A DNA stretch of 63,563 nucleotides, filler included, from Octopus bimaculoides (taxonomy: Eukaryota): NCBI RefSeq assembly GCF_001194135.2. It is 4 parts of 4 records of this genome, joined end to end, with 100 filler letters (N's around TTAATTAATTAA, not from the genome) between each part and the next. Parts side by side here need not be neighbours in the genome. Positions count along the whole stretch, not along the records: positions 20,642 to 39,819 come from NC_068995.1; positions 39,920 to 61,823 come from NC_068982.1; 2 more parts are not named here. One strand, written 5' to 3'. Every line of letters starts with the position of its first letter. The first letter of the stretch is position 1. Made by a program: the position numbers and the translations under genes. Shown here piece after piece: positions 36,390-49,585 of the stretch. The notes below the pieces were generated by a model, which was not told the origin of the DNA, made no database searches, and worked only from the letters and a program-made list of their open reading frames with translations.

Positions 36390-37520
36390 AAACATATTTT
36401 AGTTAATAGGACCAAACCAAAGGCAGAAGCTGACTGTTCATGCTGGGTTTACGTCACATGCCCACTAAATGGACAATATAACATAGTGTTTGTTGTATAT
36501 GAAGCGTATGAAATGATGAGGGACTCCATTAGGACGGCGTAGGTACAATAATATGTTGGAGTCATGGAAGGCTCTTTTTTGGACAGGCTAAACGACTGCA
36601 AGTCTTTTAAGATCCAGAACAGGCGCAATGTCACAATGTTAGCTAAGCACATACAGTTGTTGAAATTGTTCAGAAAACGCAGGCCGTATCTAAATAACAG
36701 CATCAGGGGCTGCAGGTTCTGTCTAGCGGAGAATAAATTATCCTGAAGAATTCACTTCACCCGGAAGCCTTCTTGAACTCTAAAACCGAAATTTTTCCCC
36801 CTGTCCTCAACAATGAGAGTACGTTTTAATTAGATGATTTGAGTGCCACCTGTCTATTTTAGAATTATTTTCCTCTTATCTAATAAGATTTGACTCCTCC
36901 TTTTACTCCCTTCGATCACCCTTTAGCTCGCTATGCCTCCATTTCCCCTTTCCCTTCCCTCTCTCCATCTCTTCGTCTCCTTGCTTTCCTTCCAGCCTCT
37001 CTCGCATCTTACTTTCTTATTATAATATGCCCTCCCCCCTCTCACACACATACACATGTATACACATAATACTCTTTTTGCAAACAAGCTAATCACCTCC
37101 CTTCCTATCGTTTCCCACCTCTTATACTTCTTCCACGCTTTCTTTCACACTCTCTTGAAACCTCTGCTCCTCACCCTTCATCCTTCCTCATTCGTATAGA
37201 CATACACGAAAGGGTTCATCCCTGTACATCAGCACATCTTACAGACTGTTACTTTGTTTAATATTTCCCTTACCAATTCAAGTGATACAACTTTAGAAAA
37301 GCTCGCCATATTATATACTCTTCCCGCTTTTTATTCCGCTTTTATTTTTTAACTATAAACAAGGATTCATTGGTTTGATACCGGATGTTTTCATTCATAC
37401 CTTCAATTCCAAAGAGTCGCAAGCTATGCACTTCCAGCCGGCCATGTCTGATGGTTGTTTAATTATTTTGTTCCTTTATCGTATCCTGATCTCGTATGAA
37501 ACGCCCGTATACTGTGCTTG
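36390..37520 (+). mobile_element. Penelope-like element 3' end: GIY-YIG remnant plus CT-rich pseudo-LTR
   Basis: DCSC...CPLNG...VVYEA, YVGVMEGSF, TMLAKHI, RPYLNNSIRGCRFCLAE in 36396-36750. The CxC/CPLxG and CxxC motifs are typical of PLE endonuclease regions. Confidence 0.85.
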
Positions 37521-38119
37521 CGATGATACAGAGTAGAAAGAGAAGTTGTTATCTTTATCGAAGCAAAACAAACTTAAGGGTTGAATGCCTAGAAGAACTG
37601 GAGAGCCATAACTCTGAGGATAGGGGATAAGACATTTTTAGACCCAACACCTCAAATAACTAATGAGCAAATACCTCGTCAATTAACCGTACCTACTTGT
37701 AGTACCACACCTTCATGCGGTGAGAAAGAATACGAGGAAAATACGAAGAAAAATTCCCAGATAAAAGACTCAGCATGAAAGAACGAAAGCAGGTGAGGCG
37801 GAACAATTTCTAAACGAAAAAAAAATTTGCCAGCAGAAAAATAATGAAGAAAATGCAGAAGACGAAGATGAATTAAGTTTCGGCGCTTCTCGAATATCAA
37901 ACAAACAATTAACAGACAAAATTAAGCATCTGTTTCCACGGACTCTCCGAAGAAATTTGGACCAAAAAACAAAAAAATCAGCTACTTTCAGAATGTAAAC
38001 AGCAAGCAAAAGATAAGCTACCAGTAAAATTAGAATTAAGACTTTATACTGGACATAACAAAAGGTACCGAACCGACAAAATGTTGGTGTTTTTCAGTAG
38101 CAAAAACCAGAAATGCTCA

Positions 38120-38360
38120 CTGGTGCATTCGGCTGCATTTGAACACAGATTGAAGAATGGTTAAGTGAACAGGGTTGTGGAGGATCCTGTTCAACCTGGA
38201 CAGAAAATTTGTGGTATTAAGCAGAATATTTGCTGTAGCCCATCTTTTATACCAAGACAAAACAATGTACATGATAACACTTCCAATCAAGATCAGAAGC
38301 CATGAGAGCCACTGCCTGGTATTGCATCCGGGCATTTAGCCACTGCCTGGTATTGCATAA
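38120..38360 (-). mobile_element. 5' part of an unclassified repeat family (also at 61508-61590)
   Basis: aagacaaaacaatgtacatgataacacttccaatc...aagatcagaagccatgagagccactgcctggtattgcat is shared with 61508-61590. A 21-bp tandem duplication lies at the junction, next to (AAT)n. Confidence 0.65.
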
Positions 38361-38396
38361 TGATAATAATAATAGAGCCCATTATCATTATTGTTT

Positions 38397-38465
<69 letters not shown>

Positions 38466-39387
38466 GTTGTTGTTGTTGTTNNNNNNNNNNNNNNNNNNNN
38501 NNNNNNNNNNNNNNNNNNNNNNNNNNNNNNNNNNNNNNNNNNNNNNNNNNNNNNNNNNNNNNNNNNNNNNNNNNNNNNNNNNNNNNNNNNNNNNNNNNNN
38601 NNNNNNNNNNNNNNNNNNNNNNNNNNNNNNNNNNNNNNNNNNNNNNNNNNNNNNNNNNNNNNNNNNNNNNNNNNNNNNNNNNNNNNNNNNNNNNNNNNNN
38701 NNNNNNNNNNNNNNNNNNNNNNNNNNNNNNNNNNNNNNNNNNNNNNNNNNNNNNNNNNNNNNNNNNNNNNNNNNNNNNNNNNNNNNNNNNNNNNNNNNNN
38801 NNNNNNNNNNNNNNNNNNNNNNNNNNNNNNNNNNNNNNNNNNNNNNNNNNNNNNNNNNNNNNNNNNNNNNNNNNNNNNNNNNNNNNNNNNNNNNNNNNNN
38901 NNNNNNNNNNNNNNNNNNNNNNNNNNNNNNNNNNNNNNNNNNNNNNNNNNNNNNNNNNNNNNNNNNNNNNNNNNNNNNNNNNNNNNNNNNNNNNNNNNNN
39001 NNNNNNNNNNNNNNNNNNNNNNNNNNNNNNNNNNNNNNNNNNNNNNNNNNNNNNNNNNNNNNNNNNNNNNNNNNNNNNNNNNNNNNNNNNNNNNNNNNNN
39101 NNNNNNNNNNNNNNNNNNNNNNNNNNNNNNNNNNNNNNNNNNNNNNNNNNNNNNNNNNNNNNNNNNNNNNNNNNNNNNNNNNNNNNNNNNNNNNNNNNNN
39201 NNNNNNNNNNNNNNNNNNNNNNNNNNNNNNNNNNNNNNNNNNNNNNNNNNNNNNNNNNNNNNNNNNNNNNNNNNNNNNNNNNNNNNNNNNNNNNNNNNNN
39301 NNNNNNNNNNNNNNNNNNNNNNNAACACGCCAACACCTGGAGTATGGTGTAATCTTTATCTTTTCAGTCTGTTTGTCTGTCTGTTTG

Positions 39388-39443
<56 letters not shown>

Positions 39444-39662
39444 GTTTTCTCTGTCTGTCTCTTTGTCTCTCTTTCTCTCTGTGTGTCTGTCTCTGTCTCT
39501 CTCTCTCTCTCTCTCTCTCCCTCGTTGTCTCTGTCTCTGTCCCTTTCTCTCCCCCCACTCTCTCTCCCCACTTTCTCTCCCTCTCTTTCCCCCTCTCTCT
39601 CTCTCCCTCTCTCAACTCCTCTACATCTCAAAGAAAAGTTTATTCATTCACATCACCATCAC

Positions 39663-39694
<32 letters not shown>

Positions 39695-39707
39695 CTATCA
39701 CCATCAC

Positions 39708-39754
<47 letters not shown>

Positions 39755-40360
39755 CCATCACCATTCACACCGCAAATACAACCAGCACAACCACTACTGC
39801 AACCACAGCCACTACCCTCNNNNNNNNNNNNNNNNNNNNNNNNNNNNNNNNNNNNNNNNNNNNTTAATTAATTAANNNNNNNNNNNNNNNNNNNNNNNNN
39901 NNNNNNNNNNNNNNNNNNNTATATATATATATATATATCGCTAGCCGCTAAACCTTTTCTATATTCAACCATGTCTTCTACAGTACTATGGAGAGTGTTG
40001 TCTTCGGCAATCAGAGGATCAACAGATGGGATAGCGACCTTATGTTTTTTGAGAGAAATAGAAGAAAACTTTGAGACTGAGTTTAATTTTCTCGGTGGTC
40101 CACTTGTCCTCAATGATTCTTTCATTGGTAACGGCAGACTTCTAACAGTTTTGGAAATCAAATTTCTTTGACTCCAGTAGAGCTACATCTTAAAGATGGG
40201 AGTGGTGCAGCTGGCAATATTTTAGCCGCTTGATTTTCTTATTTATTCTTTTTATTTTTCTTATGAGCGACTTTTTTTAGGCAGCTTGCATTTCTGTTTT
40301 GTCCATATACCTTGGTGAAGTGTGGAGTGAACATATGTTTGTGACAGTGTCCAGAAATAA

Positions 40361-40495
40361 CTGCCGCGATGCCTTTCATCCTTTCGGAGTAGATAAATCA
40401 AGTACCAGCTGCGTACTGGAGTTGATCTAATTGACTGCCCTCTCCCCAAATATTTCGGGCCTTGTTCGGTCCTTGTGCCTAGAGTAGAAAACAAT
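40361..40495 (+). mobile_element. OK-like SINE 3' half, tail beta
   Basis: gcctttcatcctttcggagtagataaatcaagtaccagc...ccttgtgcctagagtagaaa. Confidence 0.8.
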
Positions 40496-40828
40496 AACTA
40501 CCACGATGCAGCAATGCTACTTGGGGAGAGAGAATCTGTGAAAGACCAATTAACGAGCGAAAGATCATGATTGATTTCTTTCCAGTTAGCTTTGTGGAGA
40601 ACCAAGAGATCAAAAGGGTGAGCTGGTGTGTGATTGTCAAATTTTTCTCTAGGCTGCCGATAATTCAGGCTACAAAGAAACATATAGATATACATATATA
40701 AACACACATAGATACAGACGCACGCACACACACACACACATGCATATATCTGTTTGTATGTATGCAAGAATATATGTGTGCATGCGTGTGTCTGTGTCTA
40801 TGTATGTATATCTATATGTATATATTTG

Positions 40829-40945
40829 TATGCCATTCAGTTTCATATCAAGATTTTTTGGCCAATAGAAAAACCGCCGATTTTTCACCTAGATTCTAGG
40901 CCCCTTCATTGGAATTTCAAAATCAAAAGAGTATTTTTGTTTGTA
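40829..40945. repeat. ~115-bp interspersed repeat embedded in (TATG)n (second copy at 57372-57490)
   Basis: tatgccatt...tcaagattt..gccaatag..aaa...acctagat.c.ag..ccttcattggaatttcaa.atcaa...gtattt...tgtatgtatg is shared by both copies. Confidence 0.8.
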
Positions 40946-41583
40946 TGTATGTACGTACGTATGTATGTATGTATGTATGTATGTATTATGTATGTATGTA
41001 TGTATGTATGTATGTATGTATGTATGTATNNNNNNNNNNNNNNNNNNNNNNNNNNNNNNNNNNNNNNNNNNNNNNNNNNNNNNNNNNNNNNNNNNNNNNN
41101 NNNNNNNNNNNNNNNNNNNNNNNNNNNNNNNNNNNNNNNNNNNNNNNNNNNNNNNNNNNNNNNNNNNNNNNNNNNNNNNNNNNNNNNNNNNNNNNNNNNN
41201 NNNNNNNNNNNNNNNNNNNNNNNNNNNNNNNNNNNNNNNNNNNNNNNNNNNNNNNNNNNNNNNNNNNNNNNNNNNNNNNNNNNNNNNNNNNNNNNNNNNN
41301 NNNNNNNNNNNNNNNNNNNNNNNNNNNNNNNNNNNNNNNNNNNNNNNNNNNNNNNNNNNNNNNNNNNNNNNNNNNNNNNNNNNNNNNNNNNNNNNNNNNN
41401 NNNNNNNNNNNNNNNNNNNNNNNNNNNNNNNNNNNNNNNNNNNNNNNNNNNNNNNNNNNNNNNNNNNNNNNNNNNNNNNNNNNNNNNNNNNNNNNNNNNN
41501 NNNNNNNNNNNNNNNNNNNNNNNNNNNNNNNNNNNNNNNNNNNNNNNNNNNNNNNNNNNNNNNNNNNNNNNNNNNNNNNNNNN

Positions 41584-41634
<51 letters not shown>

Positions 41635-41948
41635 TATACGACGGTCTTCTTTCAGATAGATAGATAGATAGATAGATATTGATATAGATATGGGGTAGTG
41701 TAGTGAATAGATAGGCACGTACCGTTCAATTTCTCTAACATATAATGCAAGTAAAGGCCGACTGCATCGAATGGTAAGGAATAAGTAAGGCGTGTGCAAG
41801 GGCAACAATCCCGGTATGTTTCATCCGATGGGTAAAGCAAATGTTGGGTTCCTTGGATTATAAGCAGTTTACTGAGATTATATCCAAGATAATGTAAATA
41901 AATAAGAATTACACATCTACATAGATTATATTATGACAATCATTTATA

Positions 41949-42276
41949 CAGTGTATTTAAATTAAATTTCTGTCCAACGTATGTTTCTCCTGCATGGAGA
42001 ACTCACAATGTGCTTTTCATTCACATCCTGTTTGTTCATCATCAACCAGATTTCCTTCAGGCGAAGAACGCATCTATGAAGCTTTGTTCAATGAGTTGCC
42101 ACTATTAAAGTTTGACACTTTAATCTTCGCATCTTAAATAAAGCTGCATGGATGCGTTTTTGAACTGACGAAAGTCTGGATGCAGACGAACAAATAGGGT
42201 ACAAAGGAAATCCGCATTGCGAGATATCCACGCAGAAGAAACACGTGTCGGACAGACGTTTAAATTAAATATACTG
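41949..42276. mobile_element. Tc1/mariner-type MITE, ~330 bp
   Basis: 30-bp TIRs cagtgtatttaaattaaatttctgtccaac / (reverse complement) cagtatatttaatttaaacgtctgtccgac (25/30). TA on the left, no coding capacity. Confidence 0.8.
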
Positions 42277-42336
42277 AATAAATGACTGTGAAAATACAAA
42301 CAGTGCTAATGTATAAATCTCCTTATTTGTTATCAC

Positions 42337-42376
<40 letters not shown>

Positions 42377-42444
42377 ACACACACATCCATCCATCCATCC
42401 ATCCATCCATACATACATACATACATACATACATACTTACATAC

Positions 42445-42490
<46 letters not shown>

Positions 42491-42829
42491 CAATCCTTAT
42501 AACTAAGGTTCTGGAAAGATGCCGGAAGATGTATTTATGATTGTGGATAAATCGATAAAGAATTACATTGAATTCCTAAGATTCTTGGCGTATATATTAA
42601 CTGCTGATAGCATTTTTCTATATTTGAACAAACTCCTTGTTTGACTTCTTCAAATATTTCCCAATGCAAGTACCTGTATAATTGAGTATACACACGCACA
42701 CACACGCACGCACACACATACATACGCACACACTGACACACACATACACACATATATATATACATATATATATATATATCGTGTGTGTATGTACGCATGT
42801 ATGTATGTATGTGTGTATGTATACACAGT

Positions 42830-43270
42830 GCCAGTCTACTACCGATTGAACAATGTGTCTTGTCCGCAAAACGTGGTTCCGCATGCTGAAGATAGCAGAA
42901 TGGATAACGTTTCATATTCATAATCGGAACTTTGTGACCAATGAATTGACATGAACGTTTTCACTCCCACTCTTACACTTTCTCATTTTTACAGCAATAC
43001 CTCTTCTTATTCTTAAACACTCCTGTCAACCTCTCCCTTACCCAGGAAGCCCTTCTCCCATTTTCTCATCTCTCCCTCTCCCTCTGTCACGCTGTTTCTC
43101 TTTCGTGATACTCCAGCTCCCAATGCAGGTCAAGTCCCTTGCAACCCCAGTCTTTCGCAGCCAGCGTCTGAAATATTTAACGACGTAAACTCAGCAATAT
43201 TTCATTCGTTTCATTTCCGTCGTATTTACTCCGAAGAAAATTCTGTCTGAAACACTGGGTACTTCACATA
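42830..43270 (+). mobile_element. Penelope-like element extreme 3' end plus pseudo-LTR
   Basis: FIFIIGTL*PMN*HERF resembles the PLE terminal motif FxLGTLxPxGLNERF. It is followed by a CT-rich UTR and a weak HHR echo (ccgaaga...gaaacactgggta, 43231-43261). Confidence 0.55.
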
Positions 43271-43333
43271 CTATGCTAATTTATCGGTCAATTTTCTGTC
43301 ACTTTTTACAAATAATACTCGCCTTGTCAACGA

Positions 43334-43545
43334 GGCGGCGAGCTGGCAGAATCGTTAGCACACCAGGCGAAATGCTTAGCGGTATTTCGTCTGTCTTTAC
43401 GTTCTGAGTTCAAATTCAGCGGAGGTCGACTTTACCTTTCGTCCTTTCGGAGTCGATAAAATAAGTACCAGCTGCGTACTGGTGTTGATCTAATCGACTG
43501 GCCCCCTTCCAAAAAATTTCGGGCCTTGTGCCTAGGGTAGAAACG
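43334..43545 (+). mobile_element. Full-length OK-like SINE, tail beta
   Basis: Complete head, body and tail. Possible decayed TSD aatactcgccttgtcaac / aatactcgtctctttaac. Confidence 0.9.
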
Positions 43546-44090
43546 AATACTCGTCTCTTTAACGTCAAACATTACAAGTCTCATTAGATTCCAATCTACT
43601 TTTATACGTACTTTTGTATATGACTGTAGGAATGCTAAATCATTTTATTATGACGAGCTGCATCTAGATATATTTTTACATTTCAGAATGAAAATGTTGA
43701 TTCTGTTCATAGCGTAACGCTGCGCGTAGCACGAAACAAACTGCTAGCGTTCCAATTGGTAGTTCTCTATATCATTTCACCGTACATTTCCCCACTCAGA
43801 CTTTCTTATTGATAAATATTAAATATTTACTGCTTACACATCGCTTAGTCCTTACTTCTTAAAAGCTACTTTAATTTCTTTTCAATTTCTGAATGATTTT
43901 AGACACATGAAGCGAGATCGCTGTGATGTATCACTTCATATTGATTATTTTTGACTTACTTTTCATCTCACACTTCAAGATATCGATTGAATATCTTATA
44001 TAGAAGTCATGTAAATTCTGTATAACTATTTTGTTATTTAATGTATTTGGAATTATAGTTCATCTTCAGTGTATTTTCGAACACACACAT

Positions 44091-44184
<94 letters not shown>

Positions 44185-45679
44185 ACACACAGACACATTC
44201 TAATTTTAGTCGAAGCCATTTTATAAATATTCTTCTCCATACCTGTATGAACACTTAAGAATAAGAATAAGAAAATTGAATTCGTAAAATGTTTACAAAA
44301 ACATATATCATTTTCCCAAATAGATTGAATATTAATTTATTTGCTCGAATATACTAGAATAACCAATATTTTCGTTTGTCTTTGTCGGAAATATTTTTAT
44401 CTTTCTCAGAAATAAATTGTTCATTGATGCTTTCAACGAAAGGTATTTTAGAGATGATTTTTTTTCTATCACTATTGGTTGAATTTGATTTTTTTTTTCT
44501 ATGTGATAAAGCTAAAACACTACATTTCATTATACCACTGAGTAAGTCTAGGTAAACATACATATTCTTAAAAGTATGTCAGCGTCACATAACGTTGTAC
44601 CGGTTTGGATGTGATATTCAGGTTTCGTATCAGTGACATTAATATTTCAAATATCTTAAGGCAACTGCAGTTGTTTCGTCATTTTATTTATCATGATAAA
44701 AAAAAGCATACCAAAATAAAGGCTGTGTAAAATTATATCCCAATCTGCAAATTGTACTAAGGCTGACTTAACTCTTTGTCTATCTTGTATTCAAACTAGG
44801 AAATAATTTATTCGTATTGCGCAAACTAATCTATTCATAATGCGGCCTTCTACTTGCGATAAAACAAGTCACAAACAAATGTAGAAATTAAGTCTATGCA
44901 GTATACCTTTTCATAACTTATAACAACACCCATAGATTTGTTTGCTTTTCCCTTCTTACGTATCAAAATTATTAAAATTAAAGCCATTTTGTTTATACAC
45001 AGAAATAGAAATTTCTTCAATTTTACATTAGAATAATTTTGCAAGCGATTAGCAGAAAAATTGATATTGATATCAAATTCCGTTCTTTCGAGGAATTGTC
45101 ACATTCTATGGCTTATCATAAATTAATATTCCTTTCAAATTTTGTAACTATTATTTGCATAGTTGACTTCTTGTTTGCCAAATTAATTTTAATCTGTATG
45201 AACTCCTATGGAGAATTACCCAGAAATGTGTCTAATGGAATTATTGCTTTATCCAGTACAGAACCAGTATATTACTTTAAGTTCTACTTGATACACTAAG
45301 GTTTTTCTTCGGGATTTTTTGTTTTGTAAATTTATTTTATTTTGTTTTCTTGTTTTAACAATAGGAAATTTCCTTTTTTTTCTTTTTTTTTTTCTTTTTT
45401 GAAAATTTAATTTGTATTATATTTACTGCAAAAGAGCTTGCAATGTATTATGATATAGATTTTGAATTTGTAGTCTCTGAAAAGACTGTTAAAAAGAAAA
45501 GCCATCTTAACTAAGGAAACATGGTACACACATTACTGTATAGGTATGGTAACACGCCATTCAGCGAATTGTTCTTTATATATTTCTGTCTCCATAGCAA
45601 TGAATTCTTTTATTCTACGCATCTCATCAGTACACGACCTTCACTAAAGACACACGCACACACTTATATATATATATTC

Positions 45680-46081
45680 TTTTATTTGTTTAAGGCATTT
45701 GGCTGCGACCATGCTGGAGCACCGCCTTTTAGTGGAAGAAATCGACCCCAGGACTTATTCTTTGTAAGTCTGGCACTTAGTCTATCGCCTCTATTTGCCG
45801 AACCGATAAGTTACGTGGACGTAAACACACCAGCATCGATTGTCAAGTGGTAGTGTGTGTGGGGGGGGGGCACAAACAGACAAAAACACACACACACATA
45901 CACACACATACACACGCATATATATATATACGACAAGCTTCTTTCGGTTTTCGTCTACCAAATCCCCTCACAAGTTTTTGTTCGGCCCGAAGCTATATTA
46001 GAAGGCACTTGCCCAAGGTGCCACGCAGTAGGACTGAACCTAGAACCATGTGGTTGGGAAGCAAACTTCTTGCCACACAGC
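45680..46081 (-). mobile_element. Full-length CORE-SINE (OR2-like) with internal microsatellite
   Basis: Minus strand: tRNA-like head, ttgggcaagtg CORE segment, (TG)n, acgtaacttatcggttcggc segment and the ggtgctccagcatgg tail. Confidence 0.85.
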
Positions 46082-46285
46082 TGGGCGGGAAACATTTCGA
46101 ATATGCAAATAAAACTCGTATTCCATTCCGCCGGCTACAATCCAATGATGCTGACTGGTGAACCAGTTTTGGGGTTTGCATTGAGCTGTATCGATATAAT
46201 GTAGCATAAATATAGTAATAATAACAATAATCCTTGGATGGAATTTATAAACATGATAATGCATAGCAACACGCGTTTCAATACA

Positions 46286-46346
46286 TCACATGTTTCTGAA
46301 GATCACAGTCCCAAGAATACGGACTGTGATCTTAAGAGACAAATGA
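46286..46346. other. 61-nt imperfect hairpin
   Basis: 13-bp perfect stem aagatcacagtcc/ggactgtgatctt with a 9-nt loop, extending to ~26 bp with mismatches. Confidence 0.8.
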
Positions 46347-46529
46347 TCTATGGGAACGAGTGTAGCGATGCATTAGATGTATGTATGTATGTATGTATGT
46401 ATGTATGTATGTATGTATATAGGTTATGGGGGGTAATGGTGTCATAGACGATGCGAGAAAATGGTTAAGCAATAGTTAATATAGAGAAGATATTAAATAC
46501 AGAGTAAAGTGGAGGAAGGAAAACAGATG

Positions 46530-46730
46530 TCAGATACGTAAGGATACTTTCTCCGCAGTTCCATTATATGAGCAGAATGGTGTATATATAGGTTTCCTGT
46601 ACCTTGTGTGTGAGTTCCAGTGTTGCTTAAAATGGTCATTCCAAGCATAACGTCGTGTAAAAGTTGTTATTGAATCGAGGTTTTTTTTTAAGTGACTTAA
46701 TAGTTGGTAAAGTGTTTGTAAGGTCAAATC
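46530..46730 (-). pseudogene. Possible PLE ORF N-terminal remnant
   Basis: LDSITTFTRRYAWNDHF resembles the FxRRLRW..HF motif upstream of PLE RT. Single motif only. Confidence 0.35.
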
Positions 46731-47258
46731 AAAAACAAGGAGGGAAGGAAAATGGAAAAAAAACGGATATATATATANNNNNNNNNNNNNNNNNNNNNNN
46801 NNNNNNNNNNNNNNNNNNNNNNNNNNNNNNNNNNNNNNNNNNNNNNNNNNNNNNNNNNNNNNNNNNNNNNNNNNNNNNNNNNNNNNNNNNNNNNNNNNNN
46901 NNNNNNNNNNNNNNNNNNNNNNNNNNNNNNNNNNNNNNNNNNNNNNNNNNNNNNNNNNNNNNNNNNNNNNNNNNNNNNNNNNNNNNNNNNNNNNNNNNNN
47001 NNNNNNNNNNNNNNNNNNNNNNNNNNNNNNNNNNNNNNNNNNNNNNNNNNNNNNNNNNNNNNNNNNNNNNNNNNNNNNNNNNNNNNNNNNNNNNNNNNNN
47101 NNNNNNNNNNNNNNNNNNNNNNNNNNNNNNNNNNNNNNNNNNNNNNNNNNNNNNNNNNNNNNNNNNNNNNNNNNNNNNNNNNNNNNNNNNNNNNNNNNNN
47201 NNNNNNNNNNNNNNNNNNNNNNNNNNNNNNNNNNNNNNNNNNNNNTATATATATATAT

Positions 47259-47293
<35 letters not shown>

Positions 47294-47349
47294 TATAGAT
47301 AGATAGATAGATAGATAGATATATGTATGTATGTATATGTACATATATA

Positions 47350-47470
47350 CGACGGGTTTCTTTCCGTTTCCGTAATCAAATCCAGTCACAAGGCTTTGGT
47401 CGGCCCGAAGCTATACCAGAAGACACCTGGTTGGGAGGCCGGCTTCTTACCATACCGCCACACCTTCGCT
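47350..47470 (-). mobile_element. CORE-SINE 5' part with internal deletion
   Basis: cgacgggtttctttccgtttccg...cacaaggctttggtcggcccgaagctata..agaagacac...gcttcttaccatac. Confidence 0.7.
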
Positions 47471-47531
47471 TATGTGTGTGTTAGCGTGTATGTATGTATG
47501 TATGTATTATGTATGTATATAGATATATACA

Positions 47532-47580
<49 letters not shown>

Positions 47581-48177
47581 TTATTTATACAACGATTTCA
47601 TTGTATTATGATTTCAATGAAATTTTCGATTTCGTTTTATAGTTATTGGTGTTTAAAGATTGTATCAAACTCTCTCCTGGTAAAGAGAGTAGTTTCGTTA
47701 ATTATGCATGAAGCCACATGAAGACATATACGCACACTTGCACGCGCGCCACTAATTTGGTGCTTTTTAGCTTTGTACATGTTCAATGTATTTTAATTAG
47801 GATCTCTATCGTTCTTACGAAAACTGTAAACAAATACAAATAGCATGAATTAAATTTTGAATTATCAACAGCGATCGTTATTCAAAGTTATGGATTGGCC
47901 AAAGCGATAGCATTGGTTTTAATTGTTTCTCATGCGGTTCCCTCGGGAGACATCGGGGACTGATACCTTCAGCTTTAGCTTTGGGATTTGCCGATGCTAT
48001 GTGAGTTGAATTTTATTGTAACAATTTGTGCAAAAGCTCCATGCATACCATACCTGCACACACACGTATATTTAAACACACGCGCACACACACACACATA
48101 CACAATTATACGTATATGTATATATATATGTATTTATTGGCTAAACTGGCAATATGACCATCCCCAAGTACAACAAC

Positions 48178-48252
<75 letters not shown>

Positions 48253-48721
48253 TATNNNNNNNNNNNNNNNNNNNNNNNNNNNNNNNNNNNNNNNNNNNNN
48301 NNNNNNNNNNNNNNNNNNNNNNNNNNNNNNNNNNNNNNNNNNNNNNNNNNNNNNNNNNNNNNNNNNNNNNNNNNNNNNNNNNNNNNNNNNNNNNNNNNNN
48401 NNNNNNNNNNNNNNNNNNNNNNNNNNNNNNNNNNNNNNNNNNNNNNNNNNNNNNNNNNNNNNNNNNNNNNNNNNNNNNNNNNNNNNNNNNNNNNNNNNNN
48501 NNNNNNNNNNNNNNNNNNNNNNNNNNNNNNNNNNNNNNNNNNNNNNNNNNNNNNNNNNNNNNNNNNNNNNNNNNNNNNNNNNNNNNNNNNNNNNNNNNNN
48601 NNNNNNNNNNNNNNNNNNNNNNNNNNNNNNNNNNNNNNNNNNNNNNNNNNNNNNNNNNNNNNNNNNNNNNNNNNNNNNNNNNNNNNNNNNNNNNNNNNNN
48701 NNNNNNNNNNNNNNNNNNNNN

Positions 48722-48782
<61 letters not shown>

Positions 48783-49525
48783 CATATGTATTTAATATAC
48801 AGAGGTGCTGGCCTGCATGTTTGAGTTTTCTAATGTAAACACGGCACTTCGAGTTTCATCAATTTGGGCCAGGTTAACAAATAAATTGAAAGATTTCAAT
48901 GAAATAAGTATCAACGTGAAGTAGACAAGGGTCATATCATGCACTACAATCTATGAAGGTAATCGCCCCTACTTTGGTAGCTGTGCGTTCACTGAAAGCT
49001 ATGACAAAAAAAAATTAATAATGTATAGTGAGACAATTTAATTTAAATATTGTACGTTTCTTTCTTTCTTTTACTTGGCATGCAAGATTCCTGGTGTGGA
49101 TTCGTGTTTTGAAAGAAATCGTGTTGTGTTTGAGAGGGTATTTACGTCAATAATAATAAATACACGCAGTGGTTCAACTGATTCAATATCACTTCTTTGT
49201 ACACTGTACATTTGCAAATAAGAACGTAGAATCGGTATATATCAAGGCAGTTAGAGCTGAGCAAGAAACTATAAGTTTCGTATGTAGGGAAATATATAAC
49301 GACTTAGATTGCAATTGATACAAAGTTGTTTTTATCTTTCATATAAATGTATTAATTCTTCTTCTCCACTTTAATTGTTTTTCTTATTTTACTCTTAGTT
49401 GAAAACTTCTAAAAGACTGAAACCGGCACTAAAATGTTCTTCATGATAAAATTATTTTAGTATTTTCTACCTTATCGTATTTTCCTCATACGTATCAGAT
49501 CGTGTGTTACTTTTCTACCTTATAC

Positions 49526-49585
<60 letters not shown>

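Noticed and set aside
37445-37515. ctgatgg...gaaacgcccgta at the end of the PLE pseudo-LTR
   Set aside because: Position is suggestive, but neither stem I nor stem II can be formed.
43687-43758. Possible exon after a strong acceptor (NENVDSVHSVTLRVARNKLLAFQL or MKMLILFIA); similar candidate at 63239-63288
   Set aside because: Weak donors, ambiguous frame and no recognisable product.
44354-45300. K-rich minus ORF (44354-44563) and faint LRR/Toll-like echoes at 44850-45300
   Set aside because: Multiple stops and no consistent LxxLxLxxN periodicity. AT-rich DNA gives such ORFs by chance.
46299-46320. ATCACAG (miR-2/miR-11 family seed) in the 46286 hairpin
   Set aside because: It lies on the 5' arm and the rest does not match a miR-2 family mature sequence.
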